Positions 1 through 6,833 are shown, counted from the first letter of the stretch. The stretch is DNA of 64,000 nt from a virus (IMGVR_UViG_3300014043_000003:5850-69849), one strand, 5' to 3'. Numbers and translations are program-made. Notes: generated by a model from the letters alone, not told the origin.

Positions 1-294
1 TCGGGTACTCGTGATTTCCCATTTCGTACATGAAAGCCTCCTCAGCGAAGGCCTCATCCTTTTTGATGAGCTCGCGCAGCTCCGCCAAGTGGTCCCTGTT
101 CATCCACGCGCGGACCTGTTCGGCATCCTTGCGCAGATAGAACATTCCTTCTGCTTTGTAGAGCTGATCCGTGTCAGCCGCGGTCAGTCCTCTCTTTTCC
201 ATCTCCTCGATAAGCTGATCATCAGAGAAGGCGAAGAACACCGGCAGACTGTCCATCTCTGCCCTGAGCTGATCTCTGTATTCCTTGTATGTCA
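1..294 (-). CDS. Hypothetical protein, 3' part only (gene runs off the window start)
   Basis: Minus-strand ORF starting at an ATG at about 294 (MTYKEYRDQLRAEMDSLPVFF...) and continuing past position 1. It is not in the ORF track because it is truncated. No recognisable motif. Confidence 0.35.
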
Positions 295-481
295 TCTCAG
301 CATATCCTCCCTTTTACGCGGCCGCCGGAACGCTCTCCAGCACCTCAATGTAGAAGCCGTTCGTGCTGCGCTTGGCATCGAAGCCATAATCCGTGACCTC
401 ATTGCCCAGCGCCGCCATGTATCGGGCAAAAGCCCACGCAGAAGCCGAGCTCGCGAAATGATATCTGACTTTTTCCATTGT

Positions 482-1372
482 TTACGCAGCCTCCTTTACG
501 TCATCCGCGGTGGCAAGGCTGCCTTTCAGAATGAGATCGACAGCCTTGTCCGCCTTTCCTGCCGCCTGCACAATCAGATCCGGATTACCCTTGATCGCAT
601 CGGTCCATCCCTTGAGATAGGCCGCAGAATTCTGGAAGCTGGACCGGCTCTCCACACCGCACTTCAAGCACAGAGCCGCGGCGCCCAGCTCGGCGATCAG
701 CTCCTCTTTGCTGTACTCCTCATTGCCGAAGCCAATCGCCCCGTTTTCCTTGAAACGCCCAAGGCGGGACCAATGGCCCGTCGAGTGAGTCATCTCATGG
801 AAGAGCGTCGAGTAAAACTCCTCCACCACCTTGAACTGCTCCACGCACGGCACCGTGATCAGATCCTCGCTCGGCCGGTAGAAGGCCCTGTTGCTCTCCT
901 GATCGCGGACGATCCGCAGCGTCGGATTCGCGGCGCAGTACCCCTCGATGATCTCCTCGGCCTCGGCCACGGTGTCATGCTCGAAGCGCAGATCATCATC
1001 CGCCAGATATTTCTTGTCGATGCCCTCGCAATCGTCCAAGTTGAAGACGTTGAAATATCTGAGCACCGGATATGTCTTGGCGACCTCCTCGCCGTCGTCG
1101 TTGGTCTCCACCTTGTTGATCACATTCCAGTAAACGATGAAGCGAGCCTTGGCGCCCTTCCTAACGTGGCCGCCCTCAGCCGCGATCTGCTTGAACGTCG
1201 CGTACTCGCCCGGCTTCCCCAGCAGCATGCAGTTGAGCAGACTGTAATGCTTGCCCGTTGTGTGACTCACAAAGCGATCGGACCCAAACCACGGCTGATG
1301 CCAGGGGATGACGCCCTTTTCCAGCTCTTCCAGAACACGCGCAGCGACCATTTCACAAACTTTTCCCGGCAT
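482..1372 (-). CDS. ardC: ArdC-like antirestriction protein (ssDNA-binding N-terminal domain plus zincin-like metalloprotease domain)
   Basis: The 315-aa ORF 482..1429 contains HEMTHSTGH (an HExxH zincin motif) and an N-terminal 'PWHQPW' region typical of ArdC/DUF1738. The likely true start is the internal Met (MPGKVCEM...) at 1372, which is preceded by a GGGAGGT ribosome-binding site. Confidence 0.65.
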   Translation of the reverse strand: MPGKVCEMVAARVLEELEKGVIPWHQPWFGSDRFVSHTTGKHYSLLNCMLLGKPGEYATFKQIAAEGGHVRKGAKARFIVYWNVINKVETNDDGEEVAKTYPVLRYFNVFNLDDCEGIDKKYLADDDLRFEHDTVAEAEEIIEGYCAANPTLRIVRDQESNRAFYRPSEDLITVPCVEQFKVVEEFYSTLFHEMTHSTGHWSRLGRFKENGAIGFGNEEYSKEELIAELGAAALCLKCGVESRSSFQNSAAYLKGWTDAIKGNPDLIVQAAGKADKAVDLILKGSLATADDVKEAA

Positions 1373-1690
1373 AATAGTACCTCCCATATTCCGTCCCGCA
1401 AGTGCCTTTCGCTTCTCTCTGAATGGCACGAGGCATTTTCAGCTCCAAGAAAAAAGCCCCCTGCCAGCGTCATAATAATAACACAGGCAAAGGGCTTTTT
1501 CAAGTGTAAATATACACAAATAATAGTGTTTGATTTTGGTGATTTTATCCGGGATTTCGGCGGTTTCGCTGATCGACGGTTTGGCCGCATCTTAAGACTA
1601 ACTTGCAACTAACTTGCTTCAGTTGCAACCATGTTGCAAGTTGGCCTTGTATAACTATCGTGCATATTTTGCGAAAAGGCGCACGATAGG

Positions 1691-2647
1691 TCAAGCGATC
1701 CTCTCGATTTTCCGGTAATTTTCGAGAGAACTGTACGCTTTTTCGATGAACCTCCCGAACTCCGGGTTCTCACGGAACAGCTTGTAGAGGCTCTCGCCGC
1801 TGTTGTCGGTGATTGCGTCCATCATCTTTTCTGAGTTAGAGAAAGCTCCATATTCAGCGAGGGCAAACATGATGTGAAGCCAAAACGGTTCATTTACGAA
1901 CTGCTTTTCTGTGCTGTATCCGCACAAAGCGCCCAGGATCTCTTCGTACTCCATCTCAACACCACACTGGGCGATAATGTTTATAATGGAGTGAAAGTCC
2001 TCGTTCATTTTTTGTGCCCTATATCGGATTGCACTTTTGGAGCCCTCGGGGTTTCCGTTTTTGGCCGCCATCAGGTAGGTCTTGCTGCCTTCTGCGACGC
2101 AGATACCGCCGGCCCTTCGAAGGTCCTTTCTTGTATCGTCGATGATCGCGTTTGCTTTCTTCGCGCTTCTTGGGTACAGAGACGAAACGCTCGTGTTAAA
2201 GCTCTCCATGTTGACCTGCCCAGTGACTTTCAGCTCCTCAATGAGCCGACTGCGCAGTTTGTTTACGATCTCATCCTTCTCCTCTTCAGCCAATTTGTCT
2301 CCAATTTCCCGCTTGTAGACTTGGTCGATCGTGAGTCCCTGGGAGCACATACGTATATAGTGGTTTCGCTCTTTCTCGCCCATCTCATAGAGCCATTTTG
2401 CAACGGCACGCTGTTCCTTCCTGCGAAGCTGCTCAATGCCGTCAAGCTCCGCCACTCTCACAAGGGCCTCTGCTTCGAGCTGTGCATATTGGACAGACAT
2501 CTCGTGGAAAGTCTCGTTTGCCTTGAGTGCTTCCCCGAGAGCGTTGATTTTGTTGACTTTCTTGATGAGGTCTCGCAGATCAACAGTCTGCCGTATACTG
2601 TCCAGATCGAACATTCTGTCCCTGATCGCAATCTCGTTATTTGCCAT
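1691..2647 (-). CDS. Hypothetical protein (318 aa) immediately adjacent to CRISPR array 1
   Basis: Long clean minus-strand ORF with no recognisable catalytic motif. It ends next to a 9-bp-stem hairpin at 1653-1689 and starts 27 bp from the degenerate terminal repeat of array 1. Confidence 0.5.
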   Translation of the reverse strand: MANNEIAIRDRMFDLDSIRQTVDLRDLIKKVNKINALGEALKANETFHEMSVQYAQLEAEALVRVAELDGIEQLRRKEQRAVAKWLYEMGEKERNHYIRMCSQGLTIDQVYKREIGDKLAEEEKDEIVNKLRSRLIEELKVTGQVNMESFNTSVSSLYPRSAKKANAIIDDTRKDLRRAGGICVAEGSKTYLMAAKNGNPEGSKSAIRYRAQKMNEDFHSIINIIAQCGVEMEYEEILGALCGYSTEKQFVNEPFWLHIMFALAEYGAFSNSEKMMDAITDNSGESLYKLFRENPEFGRFIEKAYSSLENYRKIERIA

Positions 2648-2673
2648 ACTACCTCCTTGATTTATATATTCTT

Positions 2674-2903
2674 ACTCTGACTTTGCACGCTTGCGCGAGT
2701 CACATCCGGGAATTGGAGGACGACAAGCGCCAAATGATTCTCTGACTCTGCACGCTTGCGCGAGTCACATCTATGACGCTGGCGGGGGCCTTTTTTCTTG
2801 GGTTTCTCTGACTCTGCACGCTTGCGCGAGTCACATCTGGAAACGCCCCTGCAAAGATTGATGGAAGCCATCTCTGACTCTGCACGCTTGCGCGAGTCAC
2901 ATC
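2674..2903 (-). CRISPR. CRISPR array 1: four 33-bp repeats (consensus on the + strand TCTCTGACTCTGCACGCTTGCGCGAGTCACATC) and three spacers of 32-33 bp
   Basis: Repeats at 2674-2706 (degenerate, 2 mismatches), 2739-2771, 2805-2837 and 2871-2903, with unique spacers between them. The strand was inferred from the degenerate repeat at the low-coordinate (trailer) end and a conserved leader-like flank (GGCAAATTTGCACAA) at 2904+. The orientation is not certain. Confidence 0.8.
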
Positions 2904-3135
2904 GGCAAATTTGCACAATATCTATCGCGCCGCTTTATGCAATTCGCGCTTTATTCGCAGTTGCGCAAGCAATGCCTACTCTGTAGACCACGCCTTTTTC
3001 GTGGAACACTACCGGCTTCTTACGCCTATTTCGGTGCGAACGCATAGGCTTTTACTCATTGTTTACGGTTCGCACCTCGCCGGGGTCAGCCTCCGGCGAT
3101 TTATATTACTTTACTTCTTTCACATTGTCTCTTCT
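2904..3135. ncRNA. Conserved structured non-coding module flanking array 1 (candidate leader and/or tracrRNA-like scaffold), ending in a hairpin plus T-run
   Basis: It is homologous to 3437-3605 and 5296-5466: a shared AGCAAAnnGCACAA start, a shared 'caccg.tttct.acgcctatttcg' block and a stem that covaries between copies (ccacg/cgtgg here versus ctacg/cgtag in copy 2). It ends with TCGCCGG-loop-CCGGCGA followed by a T-rich tract at about 3102-3135 (on the + strand). Confidence 0.35.
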
Positions 3136-3139
3136 GTTC

Positions 3140-3436
3140 ATATCATTTGGCGCACTCGCGCCGGTTGCGTCGGGGAGAGATAAGGAAACACCCCACCGGG
3201 ACCTTCTCTGGCCCTGCGCACTCGCGCCGGTTGCGTCGGAAATCCCAGAAAAGGAGGCCGACGATGGCATCCTCTGGCCCTGCGCACTCGCGCCGGTTGC
3301 GTCGGCCCATCCAGCAGGTGCTGCTGGCCTTTAAGGACTCTGGCCCTGCGCACTCGCGCCGGTTGCGTCGGAGGAGATCCGGGAGGAGCTGAGCGCCACA
3401 GATCTCTGGCCCTGCGCACTCGCGCCGGTTGCGTCA
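3140..3436 (-). CRISPR. CRISPR array 2: five 33/34-bp repeats (consensus on the + strand CTCTGGCCCTGCGCACTCGCGCCGGTTGCGTCGG) and four spacers of 32-33 bp
   Basis: Repeats at about 3140-3172 (the first 10 nt are degenerate), 3206-3238, 3272-3304, 3338-3370 and 3404-3436 (the last ends ..GCGTCAGC). Spacers are all unique. The repeat is related to but distinct from the array-1 and array-3 repeats (shared CTCTG..CTGC..GCGC core). Confidence 0.85.
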
Positions 3437-3605
3437 GCAAAAGTGTACAAAGACAGTTACGCTATTTTGTGCATTCAGACGCGAGTCTCAGTTGCGTGAG
3501 CGATAACTACCATGTGGTCCTACGCGGAGTTCGTAGAAACACCACCGTTTTCTCACGCCTATTTCGCTCGGCTTTCGTCGAGCATCGCTGGAGCCAGGTG
3601 CCAGC
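3437..3605. ncRNA. Conserved structured module between array 2 and the 3' end of the effector gene (candidate leader and/or tracrRNA-like RNA)
   Basis: It starts AGCAAAAGTGTACAAAG. It contains a repeat-like fragment GTCTCAGTTGCGTG, a stem CTACG-cggagtt-CGTAG that covaries with copy 1, and a perfect 8-bp hairpin ATCGCTGG-agccaggtg-CCAGCGAT followed by TCATTTATTT at 3571-3605. That hairpin has a + strand terminator-like geometry and lies directly after the effector stop codon on the opposite strand. Confidence 0.35.
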
Positions 3606-3616
3606 GATTCATTTAT

Positions 3617-5089
3617 TTACCCCGCTATAAGCGAGGGATAAAATGCTGCGTGGAGTATGTTAATGGCTGCGTTTACATCCTTGTCGTGAACAGTTTTGCA
3701 CTTTGGGCATCGCCAGTAGCGCGGAACGATGGATTTTCTTTCCATGATATGCCCGCAAGTGTGGCACGTTTTCACCGAAGGAAACCATTCATCGACGGCT
3801 ACGACCTCTCTCCCGTGCCATTTGGCCTTATATCTGATATTGTCCAAGATTGTACTGATTGCCGAGTCCGCGAGAACTCTCGCTGTGTGCTTGCTCTGAA
3901 ATTTTTTCACGACATCCAGCGTCTCTATGCCGATCCTTCCGTTTTCCTGAACAATTTTCCTGCTGATGATATGATTTTCGTTGGCTCGCCTGCGCGCGAT
4001 TTTTCTTTCCAGTTTTGCGAGCTTGAGTCTTGTCCTCTCATAGGTTTTCGACGGGCGGATGGTCTTATCTTGCACGTGTGCCGCACGGAACTGCTCATTT
4101 GCCCACCCCCAACGGCGCGAAAGTCTCCTGCTCACGCGCCTTTTATGCCTCTGCTCCTGCTCCTTAAACCGTTTGTTCTGGAACTTCTCGTTATCAGAAA
4201 GAGTAACCAGGTCCTTTGCTCCCATCTTTATGCCGACTTCCTTGCCCACTTTTTTGCTCATCGGCTTGTAGACCGCATTGTGCAGCTTGAAGCAAATGTA
4301 GTAGCTGTCGCAGTTATCCTTGCTGATCGTAATGGTTATCTGCTTGCTTTTGTTCTCTTGGAGCCATTCAGGAAACTGCATTTTTCCTTCTGGGTCAAAA
4401 CGGATCTCCTGATTCCAGCCTTTGATTTTGCAGGTGCTTTCTTTGCCTTCGTCACCACAGTCGCTCAGCCTTGCAAGGCGCGCATACATTGCATTGCGAT
4501 TACTTTTTGTGAAAAATTTCGAGCATGGTTCTTGGTATGTATAGCTCATTCGAGGCTTTTCCGAGTTGTAATAGCTTGGCGCTCGGAGGCCTTTCATCTC
4601 TTCTTTAAGTGCATCTATTACTTTTTGGTCTGCTCCCCTTGAGCGAAGATCTCTGATCCTCTTTCTGAGGTGCTTTTTAAGCTCGATCATCTGTTTAGTT
4701 CGTTCAACTGGCATTACTACGTGCTTTCCGTCTTTTTTTCTGGGGGCCGAGAGCGCCCTTGCAAGATCGTACTTAATGCACCCTGCATTTCCTGTGATTG
4801 CATAGGCAGGAACCTCTTTAACGATGGGGTTTTCCTCCGTTATTTTTGCCTTCCACTCTTTTGCCGTGAGATAGCCAAAATTTGGGTAGTGAGGGTATTC
4901 GCCATTTTCATTCGGCTTATCATCCTGCTTTGAAGCTGCTGGATCATTCAGGACGGCGTACAGGCTGCAGTTGTAGGCAATACGGACACCGATGAGTATT
5001 CTGTCGATTTGCTCTCTCTGCTTTTTGTTCGGATAGAGCCGACATTTCATCGTGTAGTCCTCAATAAAATCGTATGTCATCTTTTCCAT
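3617..5089 (-). CDS. TnpB/Cas12f-like RuvC-domain RNA-guided effector candidate (490 aa). Its RuvC-I aspartate is replaced by lysine, while the RuvC-II glutamate, RuvC-III aspartate and the zinc finger are retained
   Basis: The N-terminus MKCRLYPNKKQREQIDRILIGVRIAYN matches the TnpB/OrfB N-terminal motif. The central segment ..VGIKMGAKDLVTLSDNE aligns to the TnpB 'GIDLGLK.LA.LSDG' motif with K at the catalytic-D position (the codon ATA-AAG was checked on the DNA). The segment RRLSRRWGWANEQFRAAH...RIGIETLDVVKKF carries the RuvC-II glutamate. The C-terminus CHTCGH...RCPKCKTVHDKDVNAAINIL is the zinc finger plus the RuvC-III D-x-N-A-A-x-N-I motif. The gene is flanked by CRISPR arrays on both sides. 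Alternative starts at 5080 (MTYDF, AAGGAG ribosome-binding site 9 nt upstream) or 5050 (MKCRLYP). Confidence 0.8.
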   Translation of the reverse strand: MEKMTYDFIEDYTMKCRLYPNKKQREQIDRILIGVRIAYNCSLYAVLNDPAASKQDDKPNENGEYPHYPNFGYLTAKEWKAKITEENPIVKEVPAYAITGNAGCIKYDLARALSAPRKKDGKHVVMPVERTKQMIELKKHLRKRIRDLRSRGADQKVIDALKEEMKGLRAPSYYNSEKPRMSYTYQEPCSKFFTKSNRNAMYARLARLSDCGDEGKESTCKIKGWNQEIRFDPEGKMQFPEWLQENKSKQITITISKDNCDSYYICFKLHNAVYKPMSKKVGKEVGIKMGAKDLVTLSDNEKFQNKRFKEQEQRHKRRVSRRLSRRWGWANEQFRAAHVQDKTIRPSKTYERTRLKLAKLERKIARRRANENHIISRKIVQENGRIGIETLDVVKKFQSKHTARVLADSAISTILDNIRYKAKWHGREVVAVDEWFPSVKTCHTCGHIMERKSIVPRYWRCPKCKTVHDKDVNAAINILHAAFYPSLIAG

Positions 5090-5128
5090 CTCCTTGCCGT
5101 AGCCTTGTTTTGTGGTTAAAAGCCGGGT

Positions 5129-5295
5129 CTCTCAGTTCCCGCACCTGCGCGGGTTGCGTCGCATACGTGGGTGCCTTTGCTCGGATGCTCAAAGGCTCTC
5201 AGTTCCCACACCTGCGCGGGTTGCATCGGAACTAAAAGAACTGGAGGAGGATCTGTAAAATGCTCTCAGTTCCCACACCTGCGCGGGTTGCATCA
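5129..5295 (-). CRISPR. CRISPR array 3: three 33-bp repeats (consensus on the + strand CTCTCAGTTCCCACACCTGCGCGGGTTGCATCG) and two 34-bp spacers
   Basis: Repeats at 5129-5161, 5196-5228 and 5263-5295 (the last ends ..GCATCAGCAAAA, the same terminus as array 2). The array sits about 40-50 bp upstream of the effector start codon, on the same strand if the minus orientation is correct. Confidence 0.75.
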
Positions 5296-5466
5296 GCAAA
5301 ACCGCACAAATCAGTGAGGAGCTTTTTGTGCAATCCGTGCATGGTGGAGATTGACCGAGCAATAGCTACTTTGTCTGCTGGCCTACGGCCATATTGACTA
5401 CCGCTTTCTCGATCTTTTCGGCTTACGCCGCGGCGTGGCTGAGTCTCACGCCGTTTTTATTCTTGA
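5296..5466. ncRNA. Conserved structured module flanking array 3 (candidate leader and/or tracrRNA-like RNA), ending in a hairpin plus T-run
   Basis: It starts AGCAAAACCGCACAAATC and shares the 'ctaccgctttctcgatcttttcgg' block with the other two copies. It ends with CGGCGTG-gctgagtct-CACGCCG followed by TTTTTATT at about 5436-5466. Confidence 0.3.
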
Positions 5467-5491
5467 CAAAACTATTTTTGCACACTATAAT
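5463..5491 (+). promoter_or_regulatory. Consensus sigma70 promoter TTGACA-N17-TATAAT driving the divergent HTH gene
   Basis: TTGACA at 5463-5468, a 17-nt spacer, then TATAAT at 5486-5491. An AGGAGGTG ribosome-binding site lies at about 5512-5519 and a TTG start at 5525. Confidence 0.7.
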
Positions 5492-5524
5492 TTGTGTATA
5501 TAGACCACCATAGGAGGTGATATT

Positions 5525-5773
5525 TTGGCGATTATATGGAAAGTTGACCCTGTCGAGCTTCTGAAATCAGCGGGCTACAGCTCGTACCGCATCCGGCAGG
5601 AGAAGATTTTTGGTCAACAAACGTACCGCAACCTTCGTGAGCGGCGGCCAGTCGGTTTTGATGCTCTGAATACAATCTGCAAACTCACAAAAAAGAAACC
5701 CGGTCAACTCCTTGATTACGTCCCTGACAGTAAGCTCCCTCCAAAGGAGCAGGAGACTATCCCTGCTCCTTGA
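5525..5773 (+). CDS. Small HTH (Cro/CI-type) DNA-binding protein, paralogue of 6600..6833
   Basis: 82 aa from a TTG start with a strong ribosome-binding site. The ...YRNLRERRPVGFDALNTICKLTKKKPGQLLDYV segment resembles the ENIDTICSILNCQPGTLIRF HTH of its paralogue. It is transcribed divergently from the CRISPR locus. Confidence 0.55.
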   Translation: MAIIWKVDPVELLKSAGYSSYRIRQEKIFGQQTYRNLRERRPVGFDALNTICKLTKKKPGQLLDYVPDSKLPPKEQETIPAP

Positions 5774-5951
5774 TGCGGTCGAGCGCGAGGTAAATCAACG
5801 CGAGCGATTTGTCCGGATCTCCGTTCTCGGCGAGGAGGGCTGCGCCCTCCAGAAGAGCTTCGAGCTCAGCGACGAGCTCGCTCTGATCGTTCTGATCGTC
5901 ATGGATGACAGTCGTGCTATGCACCGTTACGGTGCTGTGCGTTGGCTTCAT
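5757..5951 (-). CDS. Hypothetical small protein (64 aa), paralogue of 24185..24382
   Basis: AGGAGG ribosome-binding site upstream. The C-terminus ALLLAENGDPDKSLALIYLALDRIKEQG resembles ALLFFENGKEDDSIACMYMAGDRIKEYW of the 24185 copy. Confidence 0.55.
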   Translation of the reverse strand: MKPTHSTVTVHSTTVIHDDQNDQSELVAELEALLEGAALLAENGDPDKSLALIYLALDRIKEQG

Positions 5952-5963
5952 GGCTTTTCCTCC

Positions 5964-6260
5964 TTATGCTGCGTCCGGCTTAATCGTGTTCAGCGTGAAG
6001 CGCGTGCCGGTCGTTGCCTTCGTGAAGGCCTTGTACAGATCACCGTGCTCCTTCTTGAAAGCGGCGCTGTCGAAGCGATTGCTCACGGTGTTGTGCCAGG
6101 TGGCACGCCAGCCGGCGCCCTCCAGCTCCTCAGTGCCCTGCTCGACCATCTCAGCCTTGACCGCGTCCTTGATGGCCTCGGCCTCGGCCTCCAGCTCGGA
6201 AATCATCTGCATAATCTCAAAGTAGTTGCGCACCTTGTCGTTAAGCTCGATGTTTTTCAT
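5964..6260 (-). CDS. Coiled-coil phage protein (98 aa), near-identical paralogue of 23754..24050 in inverted orientation
   Basis: MKNIELNDKVRNYFEIMQMISELEAEAEAIKDAVKAEMVEQGTEELEGAGWRATWHN... is about 80-85% identical at the protein level and about 90% identical in the central DNA segment to the 23754 copy. Confidence 0.6.
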   Translation of the reverse strand: MKNIELNDKVRNYFEIMQMISELEAEAEAIKDAVKAEMVEQGTEELEGAGWRATWHNTVSNRFDSAAFKKEHGDLYKAFTKATTGTRFTLNTIKPDAA

Positions 6261-6556
6261 GTTCGGCAGCTCCTTTCATTTTTGAGGGGGGAAGCGCCGG
6301 GCGGCATTAAGTCATCCCTATGCTATGCAATCGCTTTCATCTCTTATCGGCCCCGGTCTTACCTGTGGTAGTCTTGGCTCGGTTGGCTTTTTGCCGTACC
6401 CGCGGGGCGCATCGGATCGCCGGAGCCATCCGACCGATTTCCTTGGGACCTACTACGTCTACCTTGGCTTCCCTCTCTTGAGTACGGTTAAATAGTACAC
6501 CAAATTTCGTCTTTTTGCAAGTAGTAAATTGCACGAATTACGGTGCTTTTCTATGT

Positions 6557-6590
6557 GCGTTTTGCACTAATTTTCGTCTTTTTTTATAAG
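6557..6590 (+). promoter_or_regulatory. Candidate promoter TTGCAC-N17-TATAAG upstream of the second HTH gene
   Basis: TTGCAC at 6562-6567, a 17-nt spacer, then TATAAG at 6585-6590. The -10 element almost abuts the GGAGG ribosome-binding site, so the transcript would be near-leaderless. Uncertain. Confidence 0.35.
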
Positions 6591-6599
6591 GAGGAAACG

Positions 6600-6833
6600 A
6601 TGCTTGTTTGGAAGAAAGATGTGTTAAGTGCCCTGAAAGATGCCGGGTATAACTCTGCGAGGTTGAGGAAAGAGAACATTTTGAGTCAATCTACCATCCA
6701 AAAGCTCCGTGAAGGTAAGGGACTTGGCTGGGAAAACATTGACACAATCTGTAGTATCCTGAACTGTCAGCCCGGAACGCTTATCCGCTTCATACCAAAT
6801 TCAACAGCTCCCGCCGATCCCCCGCAGGACTAA
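6600..6833 (+). CDS. Small HTH (Cro/CI-type) DNA-binding protein
   Basis: MLVWKKDVLSALKDAGYNSARLRKENILSQSTIQKLREGKGLGWENIDTICSILNCQPGTLIRF. AAGGAGG ribosome-binding site at 6588-6594. Confidence 0.6.
   Translation: MLVWKKDVLSALKDAGYNSARLRKENILSQSTIQKLREGKGLGWENIDTICSILNCQPGTLIRFIPNSTAPADPPQD

Noticed and set aside
11-1612. 533-aa + strand ORF
   Set aside because: It is antisense to the well-supported ArdC gene and the upstream minus-strand ORF, has no ribosome-binding site and is low-complexity. It is an antisense-ORF artefact.
3512-4642. 376-aa + strand ORF
   Set aside because: It lies entirely within the antisense strand of the TnpB/Cas12-like gene, whose motifs are unambiguous.
2674-5295. 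The repeat arrays as transposon ends or satellite repeats rather than CRISPR
   Set aside because: Repeat and spacer lengths are uniform (33 and 32-34 bp). The spacers are unique. Terminal repeats are degenerate in the usual CRISPR manner. A Cas12/TnpB-family gene sits between the arrays. The CRISPR interpretation is retained.
5712-6371. 219-aa + strand ORF (and its mirror 23466..24071)
   Set aside because: Both are antisense to the paralogous 98-aa and 64-aa gene pairs, which have ribosome-binding sites and coiled-coil sequence.
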